Shown one piece after another: positions 13,001 through 24,959 of a DNA stretch of 64,000 nt. The DNA comes from Lingula anatina. Its lineage: Eukaryota > Animalia > Brachiopoda. Every line of letters starts with the position of its first letter. Within the stretch, counting starts at the first letter, position 1. The DNA lies in contig CM120646.1 of NCBI GenBank assembly GCA_051362555.1, forward strand, positions 19,902,001-19,966,000, written 5' to 3'. The position numbers and the translations under genes are program-made. The notes beneath the pieces are model-generated. The model did no database searches, was not told where the DNA came from, and saw only the letters and a program-made list of their open reading frames with translations.

Positions 13001-13805
13001 CCATTGAAAATATCGGTCTACGTAGATCAATCCAACTCTGTGGGGACTCTCGCTGAATGCAGTCACCTTTACAGATGAACACAATTCCTCCTGGCGTTGA
13101 GTAATACAGAAACACTTTTTTCCACTCTTGTTTTCATTAATTAACCATAAAAAGGAAAAATCTAAATAAACAATTTGGGAAAAAAATTATCTTTAATGTC
13201 AAGTCTGTACATATATGCTTGATCTCTTTCAGAAATCCTGCGGTCAATGTCCCGAGTCGGACATAAGGTGCCTCATGCCCCTAACTGGAATGTTTAATGT
13301 GAGGTACTATTTGATCATAAGATTGACCCCTTTAAACAGTTTGATGGTATTGTGTTCACTCGAAAATTGTTACGTCGACGAATTGCTATCGCAAGATTTA
13401 TCTCAGTTCCATCCTAGGGGGGCGTGGGAGCACACGGTAAACCCAAGTGGCGGAATGAGATGCGACAAACCGACTGTTGACAATACCAACGCTACTCTTT
13501 GGGTTCCAGTTCAACTGAAGAAAACTGTTAAAAATGCCAATGAAGGTTTGCGTTTGTTTGAGCAGTTCGAGGATCAAATGGCGGTCTTTGTACAGCGCCA
13601 TTACTCTCAGGTAACAATAAACGGTGTCGATTATACTTTAACCGTCGTGCGCAATCGTACATCCGGGCAACTCGCAGGGCCCTCTTCGACCATTCCTTCT
13701 CTTGTAAATGGCATTCCACCAACTCTTCAGTGTTCCGGAAGATACGTCCGCCATTGGGTATGGCCAGTCATACTATTTATAAAATTTGGCAGAGTTGGGT
13801 TGTAA
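10070..13805 (+). CDS. Array gene 2: secreted SMB-like/Cys-rich glycoprotein (~645 aa)
   Basis: Exons 10070-11342, 12397-12488, 13233-13805; GT-AG, open frame of 1938 nt. Same motifs as gene 1; TATA at 9991. Confidence 0.85.
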
Positions 13806-14916
13806 TTCAAACATCAGAGGGAAAGGTATGCGAACACAGTTAACTCTCTCAATTATTAACTACTGACAGAGTGCTTACAATTTTGTAAAAATACATATAG
13901 GATGAAAGCCAAAGGTTAAAGTCATTGTGAACAACATGACAGAAAAATCCAATTGGTCATTAAGAGAAGACTGCAGTTAAGAGCGATTTGTTTAATGTTA
14001 AAATGAAAGATGCGAATTCTCCGAATCGACATACATTTAAAGCTAACTCTGTATTTGATTTTCATAAAAAAGTTAAAGCACAAGTGAAACGTTTTTGTCA
14101 AACGGCGCAGTAATAAACTACACAACAGTTGACGAGGGCAATGTTTGTTGGTCATAGGGATGGGAGTATTGCTTGTTTTTTCTCTTTTCGCTAGTCACAA
14201 TTTTGAATAGATGATATGATTTAGAGCTGAATAATTATTTCTTTGATTTGAAGGGTTCATTCGTGGAAGTTGTAAACTTCTGGTTCACCCTCTATTTTCT
14301 GATTCGAAAGTAAATTTATCTTCTAGAATTTATTAAAACGCTTAGATTTTAGCAAAGTGGCAAATTAAAGAAGCCCACTCATTACCATGTCAGATCATTG
14401 TCCTTATACCACTAACCTTACTCTTCTGTTTGAAAGGAGAAGAACAAAGCTACATTGCTGTCAAGAATATCTTTACGCGACCCAGTAGGTTAGTAATTTC
14501 ATAATTTATCTTCATTTAATTTTAATACCGGTGTGGCAATCACAGACATACTCAAAATCCAGACTTAAATGCATTGTTTATAACTATATAATCAGAAACC
14601 GAACGAAGAACAGAAGGAAGTCAGCAAGCAGAAGATTATAATTGTAAAGCAAACAGATTTCATTTTGCCAAATATACCAAAACTGAACACCCAGATTGTG
14701 TACATTCTTGTTCGTAAAAGAAAAAACAAAGCATAAGAGAACCCAACATTTTATGTACACTTACAAATGATGTTTTGAGAAAACAAATTTTGGAAAACTT
14801 GCTGGTGTACCTGTGATTATTATTGAAGACTGGGTAAATTTGGGATTCTATAGAACAAGTTTATACCACGTACTATGATTTTGTAGAATTTTATATATAT
14901 GTTTATTTTGATAGTA

Positions 14917-17900
14917 CACTATAGCTAATAAGTCCCCGGTCACTTTAATAGCACACGCTGTCTACATCAGACGCGCTAATGCGCACGTCCCCGACAGTGT
15001 TAATGATAGGGGGATTACGATGGACAGCGCATGTTGCTCACAGCAGTAGGCACTGCCGCCGAAGTTAAACCGGTAATTAAGTCTTTAACTTGACTAAACA
15101 TGTTTTGCTATGTAACTTGCGTCCTTCAGTCTTGCTGTTGCGGAAGCGCCGGCGGGACATATCTCCACCTTGCCGATATTTATCCCGACTCTCGACTTTA
15201 AAAGTATTATTGGTTTTGATTTTATCAAAGTCTTATTATATCAGAAAACCTGCATATTTTCATACGTTAAGAGAATTATAGAAACTGTAGAAAAAGCTAC
15301 TCGTACATCAGGGATAAAAAAACAACACCTTGCAGCACTATTACCTATTATTCATCACCAGAAGTTACTGTTTCACTTTTTTCTCCCAAATTACAAAGTC
15401 TGATGACAACTGAAAGCCTTTAGCCATACCTCAGGGCAGTGGGAGATAGTCTGGATTTGATTAAATGTAATAAAAGTATATTTTGAAGAATTTTCCTAGC
15501 CTTCGACAATTTCCGCAAAGCTTCGGCATGCGCGGCAATACAGAGCTGTCGATATCAGGATGCGTGAACAATGGAATTGGTGGAACAACGGTTAACGTCG
15601 ATGAGTCGTCTGCAACCTACCCGACGGGAGTTCGTGTCCCTGTCGGTACAATTGAAGATTTTGGAATTGTCATTATTATAAATATCTATTAATATATAAA
15701 ACAGTCGTGGCTAATTGTTTTTGCAACGGAAAGCACAGTAGGGAGGTTTGTTGTTATTCTTAAAGTTATTATTACTGGGGACATAAATTAATATGCTAAT
15801 CTCTTATCATGGTATAATGATTGATACGATGGGTATCAAATAGTTTTCCTTTGATATAAACAACAAAAGAGCGGCCTTCCAAATATCTTTGCTGAATGTT
15901 TATAACGTAGGTAATATTATGCGCAAAAATATTGATACATGACGCAAACGACATTTACTAATTTTGGTAATATCAATTTTAATTAAAATTAAATTTAATT
16001 GAAATTAAAATTAAAATTTGTCTAAACGTGCATATTACCATTCACCTTGTTTAAAGGGTTCGCAACACTTTACATTCTAATACATTTTGCCAATTTTCAT
16101 GTTTGCTAGTTTATTTTGATTTGAGAGAATGCGAGAGAAGACCCTCTACTAGGGCCGCAAATTAATTATGAGTATTTTTCTTCAGTGCAAGAGACTGTGT
16201 AATGAAAAATCAATCTGTAACTCTGGTATAGGGTGGCCTTGTGTGTGTAATAATATACAAGTAGGGGCAGGGGTACAGTTTTATAGTACAAATAGTCATT
16301 TTATACATCTTATTGATCTCATCGTCGGGTCATTGTTTACAATAGCGCTTTGTCGCTGTGCGTACCTTTTTGCATTTGAGTTAGACTCAGTCAGTAACAG
16401 CTGGTGATTTTATCTTTTTTTGCGTTTCACTGACAATATTTTGGCCACCCAAGTAGGGAAATGTGGCTCTTTGTTTTGAAATGACATTTCCATTGTTCCT
16501 TTGAACACGCAAAAGTCAACACACTTACGTCAACATACTTTGTAATACCAACCCAGGGGAAGAAACAAAAGCCTCATAAGGTGTCGTCATTCACACTGTA
16601 AAAGGTGTTAATTTCATGCTTCTATTGTTTGCCCATGAATCATTATGACAAATTTGTAGGGTTGCCAGATCACTCGCGCTTCATTCAATTCTCTATATCT
16701 GCCCTGCAGCCTGGGATGAGTGATACTTGACTGACCTTTGTTTACATCTGGAGATTTTCTTTATAATTCGTTCAGTGTGCATAAATTATGATATTTTCCA
16801 TCAGGAAAAATACGTGATAATGTTACGATTCTTATTTTACGGATACATAATTACAAAAATTAATTCCTGATTTAATACCCCCTATTTCAGCGCCTATTCC
16901 TGGCTGCGTTAATTATGGGGGTTGGAAAGTAATCCGTTAGAACGCAGGAGTGATGATTGCTACTCTTACCAACGGTGCATCACCGATCAACTAATCTCAG
17001 CCACCTGAAGCAGAATCACCAACAAAAGACAAATTGGACTACATCTGCCTTCTTGTTGAGACATCTTATGTAAAAAAGGCGATAACGGTCAAAACATACG
17101 TGCTTCGTGGTTTATTAAATGTTCATCGTATTTTTTCGTTCATTATTCTTATGAGTTAAGCAGCTTCACCTCCGTGACACCCTTTTTATTTATTTAAACC
17201 ATTGTTAGATAAACCATGGGTTTCACTCCAGATTTCACGATCGAGCAGCTGATCATGAGGAGAGTGTAGCATGCTATAGTAAACTACCCCAAATATATAT
17301 ACAACACCTCCAGGGTTTCACGATCGAGCAAGTGATCATGAGGAGAGAGTGTAGCAGAGAACTTCATTAATGGTCGTCATAATTGGTGGTTGCCTTGGGA
17401 AAATGAGTTACATGATTACATAATACAGATACATAATAACATAAGATTAATACTAAAACTTTCCCTGATACAAAAACCCCTATTTGAGCGCTTATTCCTG
17501 ACTGCGTTAATTACGGGTGATTAGAAAGTAATCTATGAGGACGCAGGAGCGATGATTGCTACTCTTACCAACGGTAAATCACCGATTTACTTGACTCCGC
17601 TACTTCGAGCAAAATCACCACCAAAAGACAAATTAGACCACGTTCGTCCTCTTATTAAAACAAAGAATGTAAAAATGTGATGTCGGTCAAAGAAGAGGCC
17701 TAGACTACGTGCTTCATGGTTTATTATATAGGCTTATTCATTGGATTTTTTTTACTTCATTATTATAGCTTCACCTCGCGAGACCCTTTTTTATATATTT
17801 AAAACAAAGCACCCCACTGGTTTCGCGATCATGAAGAAAGGGAGTGTAGCAAAGAACCTCATTAATGGTCGTAATAATAGGTGGTTGCATTGTAGGCCTA

Positions 17901-19049
17901 ACCTTGTTCATTTTAGTCGACAGACTAAGCTAGAAGAAAGAACAGATCATTATCGCCTCTCTTTACTTAGGAACAATAAGGATGGCTAGTGGCAGCATTT
18001 ATAAGTTCTTTTATTTAGAAACTTTCCTATCCTTTGTCTGGGACTGCGTCCGAGAAACGGCGATAACGACAGAGACGTCCTCGAACATTTTGGACTCAGT
18101 GCAAATAAAAAAAATCCGTTAAGAAGTAGCCTTTAAATGTCCTGGCAAATAACTATGCGATGGCTCAGAGAGTTCTAGAATGAATAACAAGCAACGACAT
18201 TAGGGTTAATAATAGACTAAAACTATCAGAGTGTAGGCCTGTCTTACTTCATTTCTAAGGCCATCTTGTGATACGAGTCATGCTACACTACATAAGAGGG
18301 GGTAGCAGTGGATGATTTAATACAGGGATACCATCGATAGCATATCAATAGAAAATCGCAATCCTCAAATGTTTTTTAATTCATTAAATATAAACGGTCT
18401 TTTCTCGTACAATGGGTCTGGTATAGTTGTATTGGCCTATCAGTTGGAAACACGTGGTTCGTCTACAATTGCAAATGGCGGAGGTGCCGTGGTAGTTATT
18501 GTCGTAAAATTAGCTGGATACGGTGCACGTGAGAAAATTATTCATTAAATTTAGTTTTCGAGCGTCAGCTTAATCTGGTAAAATGCGAGACGAAAAAAAT
18601 GATAGATAGAGCCTTATGACCCACTGTAGAATGATGCCGAATAATATATCAACGACGTAGTTTATCGGCAGATAAACGTGTTTCCATTCTCGGCTGACTG
18701 AGGAAAGGTTTGAGAGAGCATTTAAAGAAGAGGCGATCGAACCAATAGTGAGTAGGAAGTGTGCTGCAATCAAGACGAACAATACCGATCATAAGTGGAC
18801 AGCTAATAACCCCTAATTAAGCCCGGGCTACGCGCTGCTGTGTTGACTCCTTGCTGGGAAGGGGTAGCGGCCTCCTACTGCTGTGCGTAATCAAACATTG
18901 TCTTCTAACATGCGGCTACACGACGGTTGCATTGTATTAATAAAGTAATACCTATTCATAAGAAAGGGGGCGGATGGTAATCTTACGAGAATTAAATCAG
19001 TTATCGATCATACGCGTACCAATAGTCGTGTTTTTTTTTAGCTATACGG
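14917..19049. mobile_element. 4.1-kb insertion with TA duplication and short imperfect TIRs (Tc1/mariner/pogo-like, no intact transposase seen)
   Basis: Absent at the paralogous site ~8680 (gataggacctgatc). Left end TA|CACTATAGCTAA; right end TTAGCTATACGG|TA (reverse complement CCGTATAGCTAA). Confidence 0.65.
16864..17890 (+). repeat. Diverged direct tandem duplication (~450-550 bp units) inside the 4.1-kb insertion
   Basis: 16864-17400 aligns with 17461-17890 (cccctattt.agcgc.tattcctg.ctgcgttaatta; gatgattgctactcttaccaacggt; cattaatggtcgt). Confidence 0.8.
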
Positions 19050-20493
19050 TACCTGATCATCAAAGTATAATTGTGTTAGTGTATATGGTACCAGCAAACC
19101 ACCGATAAATATGTATAAAACGGTAACGAGGACACCTGTATATCATATGTACATAATGGAAAAACATGTAGCAGTATTTACAGTTAAAGAGTTGTGAGCT
19201 ATTTACAGTGATAAGAAGCTTTGAATGATATATTTCCCAGAAACATCACCTTCTAATGTCATTTTACTTAATGTTGCAACACAAAAAACACTGTTGCAGA
19301 TAAAATAAATGTTAGCTCGTAGGATAAGTTTGGGTGGAAAAAGGACAAAGACGACGAATTAACAAGCACACATTTCTCTTACCGATTGATTGAAATGTAT
19401 GGATTTTATTACAGCTCTTATTTAGCGCAAAGGACATGATGAATTCTCAGTTTGTTGATTTTTATCTGCATGTGACAGAGTCCAGAAAAAGGTTGTGGAA
19501 TATGTCAAACAGGAAGGGAATTGGAGAAAACTTAATACTAATGTAGTCCATGAATTCACAACTTTAGTCCCTTAATACTTATATCCTTCACGAAAGAATA
19601 ACATGAAGTTTAGTAAACACATACTGTCAAGATACATACTTGTAATTTATTTACTGTTGTCAATTAGCCATAATCAGATCGTTCAAACAAAAGATAGCTG
19701 ATTAAGCTACACAGGAATGTACGTAGACAATGTTTAGTGACAAATCACAATATGTGTACGCCATTTTCAGATTTCTTTTCTGTGTATAAGTGTGGAAAAA
19801 CATACCCAAAAATAGAAATGTCATTCAAAAATATATCAATTGTTTTGTCAAGCAGATGTAATTCGATATAATATTGCCCACTAAGCAGACCATCTTTTGT
19901 TCGGGCCCCTAGGGTTATTGAATTTGAAGTGACGAGTTATTTTTCACATTGTGTCATATCGTATTTCTAATAAACCTGATTTTGTCACAATGCATGTATC
20001 TCCTTCCACCAGGGAGAAATACATGTAGTTATAGCGCCAATCTGTTAGTGCCTGTGTGGTAAATATAATGAGCTTAATGTGACCTTCGGCCTCTTTCACG
20101 AAGAAGAGTTAAAGGTCCCGGTGTTAAAGTATTCCAACATGAAAACCTCAGTTGTTCTGCTGATTTCGCATTCAAAAATGTCGTTCGGCCGATTTATCAA
20201 TTGTTTTGTGAAGCAGATGTAATATAATAGAGCATAAACTTTTAAGCGGATACTCTTTTGTTTGAGCTGCTAGGGTTATTGAATTTGAGGGGACGTTTTA
20301 TATTCAGCATTGAATCATGACTTGTTTCTTATCAGCATTATTTTGAGACAATGCATGTATCACCTTCCACCAGACAAGAATAGTTACTTCGTTAACCTGT
20401 TAGTGCCTGCTTGGTATATAAAAAGAGCTAAAACTAACTCTTGGTCTCTTTTGAGGAAAAGAGTTTGGAGTCCTGGTGTGGAAACATTTCAAA

Positions 20494-20754
20494 ATGAAAG
20501 TCTCTTTTGTTGTGTTGATTTCTCTCTTGGTTTACTGGAATCCGAACCCAGAACAATTAAAAAGAGTTTTCTCGAACCCAGAACAATTAAAAAGAGTTTT
20601 CACTCAAAGTGAAGTTGGAGATGCTCCTGAGTTTTCAAGGAACACGTATCTCCTTCCACCAGTAAAAATGTCCCAGAGTGACATGCCTTCCACCAAGATT
20701 GCTGTAGGAATAACAACTCCAAACACCCCAGACACAAATGGGAATGGGGTCTAA
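20494..20754 (+). pseudogene. Deleted array copy: promoter and 5' part of exon 1 only
   Basis: TATA 20415, ATG 20494, homologous up to PNTPDTN (~20739). The sequence then jumps to a homologue of the region 3' of gene 3 (~27900). Contains a 30-bp tandem duplication (20543-20602). Confidence 0.85.
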
Positions 20755-21935
20755 AAGAAGACTGCCCTAGTAGCAGCCACATGAGACCAGGCGCACCACT
20801 GGCCGTTGCCGTTGCTCTGACTAGACACTGATATGAGCGTCCTTTTTGGAGCGTTTAACTCTTTCACAGATGATAATTTGGAAAATGTGGAGAATGAAAT
20901 AACGCTTTTAATGGTTGTTGTTTGACTAAGAATCAGCCATGTATTTTTGTTTGCTTAATTAATAAGATGAATTTAATTAAAGAACTGATTTCACAATTAT
21001 ACTTAAAAAGATTAGTAAAAGCTATTTAAAGAATATTCAAATTCCCATCTTCATTTATTAGTCGGATTAGTAGGAAAACAATTTGGAAAAAAATATTCCA
21101 TATTTAATGTCAAGTCTGTAATTGAATTTAGACCCAAAGGAAGCTATTCTATAAACAGAAGGCTTTAATTGCAAATATGCTAGCAGTAAGGGATTCATAA
21201 ATAGAGGACGAGTGTCTGCTAAATTACATATGAAGCAAAGTGATTTTTTTCATGTGGCCAAATATTCCAAAACTGGACACCCAGACTGTTGATTTCGTGT
21301 TGGTAAAAGAGACATATCTGAGGTGATAAAGACGTTTAATTGTGTTTTAAATACACAATGTACAAAGCATGACACAACATCTTATGTACACTTACAAGTG
21401 ATATTTTGAGAAAACATATTTTGAAAAACATGCTGGTGAACTGTTGGAGTACATGTAGCAGTAAGGAAAGTTAAAGAGTTCTGGGCTTTTTTCCAGTGAT
21501 AAGAAGCTTTGAATGATTAAGTTTCCAGAATCTTCACCTTCTAATATAATGAGTTTTGAATATTTCAGCACAAAAAGAAACGGTTGCAGAAACAGTCAGA
21601 TAAATGTTACCTGTAACCCGTGGTGTAGATATGGGTGGAAATTACCAGTACACTGATGTTGTCTTACCTAATGAAATTTATGGGTTTTGTCACAACTATT
21701 GTGTACGGGATATGTTGAATTCTCTATATGTATTCGACAGAGTCGAGCTAAAATCGTTGTGATTTATGCCAAATAGGAAAGGAATTGGAGGAAAAATTAA
21801 TAGTTAAAAATTAATAGCAATAAAGTCCATGTATTTTCAACTCCAGACTCCTTATCATTCAAGAAGGAATTTCATGAAATTTTAATAAACACAAATTGTC
21901 AAAATACTTAAGTTATTTACTGCTGTCAATTAGCC

Positions 21936-22370
21936 TGTTGCGGACGGATTGAAGATTAAAAAAGGCAGAAACAAAATATGATAAGATAAATAATGAATTT
22001 AATGTTAAGAAAAATAATACAAAACCCGACTAAAATAAAACAATACAAATTGAAAAACCGCTGCTGCTGAGACCGCTATCGCTGAAGGTAGCCGGGTAGA
22101 CCGCCGAAGGGAAGACCGTTGTGACGAGAGTCGGGGAGAGAACCGCTGATGGTGAGACAGCTGTCGTCTAGAGCACCGCTGCCGGGAACACCACTGGGGC
22201 GAGGGCCGATGATACAACCACTACCAGGAAGACTGCTGTGGTCTAGGGCTGCTGGGTACACAGCAGGGACGAGTCAGGAGCTGTAGAAATTCCAAGCTTT
22301 TATACAAATTGGAGTCTAATAAGACTGCTCTATTTTGGGAGAGTTCAAAAAAGGAGGGGGATTTGGTAAC
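21936..22370 (-). mobile_element. Probable solo LTR
   Basis: GC-rich insertion absent at paralogous sites (~9272, ~19670). On the minus strand it runs GTTACCA.., TATAAAAG (~22300), ATTAAA (~22000), and ends CCGCAACA. No clean TSD. Confidence 0.55.
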
Positions 22371-23139
22371 TGATTGTGCTAGTCAGGAGCGTCAGTAAAC
22401 AATGTTTATTGACAAGTCACAATGTATAGAAAGTATATGCTGCATTCAATTCTCAACTTTTAAGATTGCTTCAGTGTCTGTGTGTGTGAAAAAAAAAATA
22501 GCAAAAGCATTGACAAGGTTAAGATGCTCAAACCGTCAACCATATATTGAAGGCAGAAGTTAAAGTGTGATTGATTTGTTTATTAAAATGTCTATAATGT
22601 TTAAGATAATAATCACATTTTTATGAAATTGCAAAACTTTTGCAGATTTAAGAGCTACAACTTACCACTGGTGAAAACAAATGGGGGGGGGGGGGTGCTT
22701 CACAAGGCTTGTTCATGCACACTTTAAAATAATAAAAGGAATATCTAATTGGATAATTTCTAAGATAACATTTGCAAACCATATATTTTGTGTAACACAT
22801 TATGGGCATGACCACTACTACTGTTATATGAAGTGTACCTGTGGTCTAAAACTCCCGAGTGAACTTTTCTCAGTAAAATATTCTGAAAACAGGCGGCCTT
22901 TGGTAGGTACAGGCCTTGGTGTACCAAGATACCGTGTACATACAACAGATATAGCGCAGTCCAATCCCCCTTCCCCTCTGGCTATCTTTGAACAATAACA
23001 CGAGATCGAGCACGGTGGTCTGCACGCCCTTTTTATAATGTGTGTGTGTGTGCGTGTGTGCACGTACACAATACTGGGTAACAACAATGGGACATGGGCA
23101 TTAAAATTTCAACATTGCGCCGATCTTGTGCGCACGCTT

Positions 23140-23400
23140 CCCAGCAGGCAAAGTCGCGTTGGATCAACGTTGAAAACAGGTTGATACGTTGAATTGCCGT
23201 CGTTCTGCCTAAATTTAACGTAAAATCAACGTTGATCCAGCCACGTCAAAACACCGTCATAATAATAATAATAATAATAATATATTTATTTCGAGTCTAA
23301 AATCCATAAAATATTCAATAGACTGTACAACATAAAATACAAAGATGTTTATAAATAAAAATAGTGACTTTGACTCAACGTTGTATTTTGGTCATTGACA
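23140..23400 (+). mobile_element. Possible end of a CMC/EnSpm-type element
   Basis: CCCAGCAGGCA followed by repeated palindromic TCAACGTTGA motifs; other terminus not found. Confidence 0.35.
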
Positions 23401-24959
23401 CAACCTTGCAGTTATGGATTGTAATTTAAAATATTAATTATTGAAAACGTGATACTTTGTCTATCAATACTGTAACTAAATTTATCAAAATAATAACAAA
23501 AGGGTTTTAAAGTAAAAGTGACAGTTGTTTTGTGTCTTTAGTGAACTACTGAATTTCCTTAACTTGTTATTCAGAAATACATTCCAATAAACTGAATTCC
23601 TTGCAAGGTCAGCTAACACTAGGATGAATAAGTTTCTGTAAATGTAGTGGAATAAAGTTTAAAAAGTTGACAGCTCCTGATAACTTATTATAGATAGACA
23701 GGTTGAGGTGACTGTGACTTTGTTATACACCTTGTTGTTTTATGAAAAGCAGAGTGTATTTCCGGTGTTTAATCCCGAAATTGAACTATTTGTATAGGTC
23801 ACGTGTATGGGAATTCATGCTTTGTACTGAAGATGAAAACGGAAACGATAGAAATTAAAACACAATAACCCGTCTTTTTCACCCATCAAAATTTACTACG
23901 AAGTACAATTTTTTGTATATTTCTTTTGTGTGAGAGCTGTGAATGAGAGCTTTCTTTTCCGTAATGTAAAGCTGCAAAACAGACTGGTATGTCTGTGTCT
24001 CAGATTTAAGCGCTGAGTGCCATTTTCGGCTAAAAATTAAAAAGCTTACAATACACAACAATGTTTGGAAACACAAAATAGTTATAATAAGACAAACTCT
24101 GCCCTTTTCACATGAAAGCACGCCAATTGTTATCCACCGCATAGGAGTATTTTGAAAGACTATCAAAGATGATAGTCCATGCAGTTTTCCCAGTACTGTG
24201 GACGTTGTGTATGTATGTATGTATGTATGTATGTATGTTTGGTCATACAAACAAAACAGAGAAACCAAAGAGACAAAGAAAGCCCCTCAGAAATGTCAAC
24301 CAACTAATTTATCAATTGTTTTGTCATGCAGATGTAATTTGAAATAATAATGCTTCCTAGGCAGATACTCTTTTGCTTAAAACACTAGAGTTATTGGATT
24401 TGAGGTGACGTTTTATTTTTCGCATTGTGTCGTATCATGTTTCTAATAAACCTGATTTTATCACAGTGCATGCATCACCTTTCAAAAGAGAGAAATGCAT
24501 GTGCCTTTGCGTTAAGCTGTTATGCCTGCGTGTGAAATATGATGAGCTTAATCTTACCTTTGGTCTCTTTTGCGAGTAGAGTTAAAGGGTCCCGTTGTTA
24601 AAGTATTCCAACAAGAAAGTCTCGGTTGTTCTGCTGATTTGGCATTATAAAAATTCCTTCGGCCAATTTATCAATTGTTTTGTCAAGCAGATGTAATATG
24701 ATAGAGCATAAACTTCTACTTTTTTGTTAGAGCTGCAAGGCCTATTGAGCTTGAAGGAACGTTTTATATTTCGCATTGGATCATGTCTTGTTTCTTATCA
24801 GCACTATTTTGAGACAATGCATGTATCACCTTCCACCAGACAAGAATAGTAACTTCGTTAACCTGTCAGTGCCTGCTTGATATATAAAAAGAGCTAAGAC
24901 TATCCCTTGGTCTATTTTGCGAAGAAAAGTTTTGGGCACTGGTGTTGAAACATTTCAAC

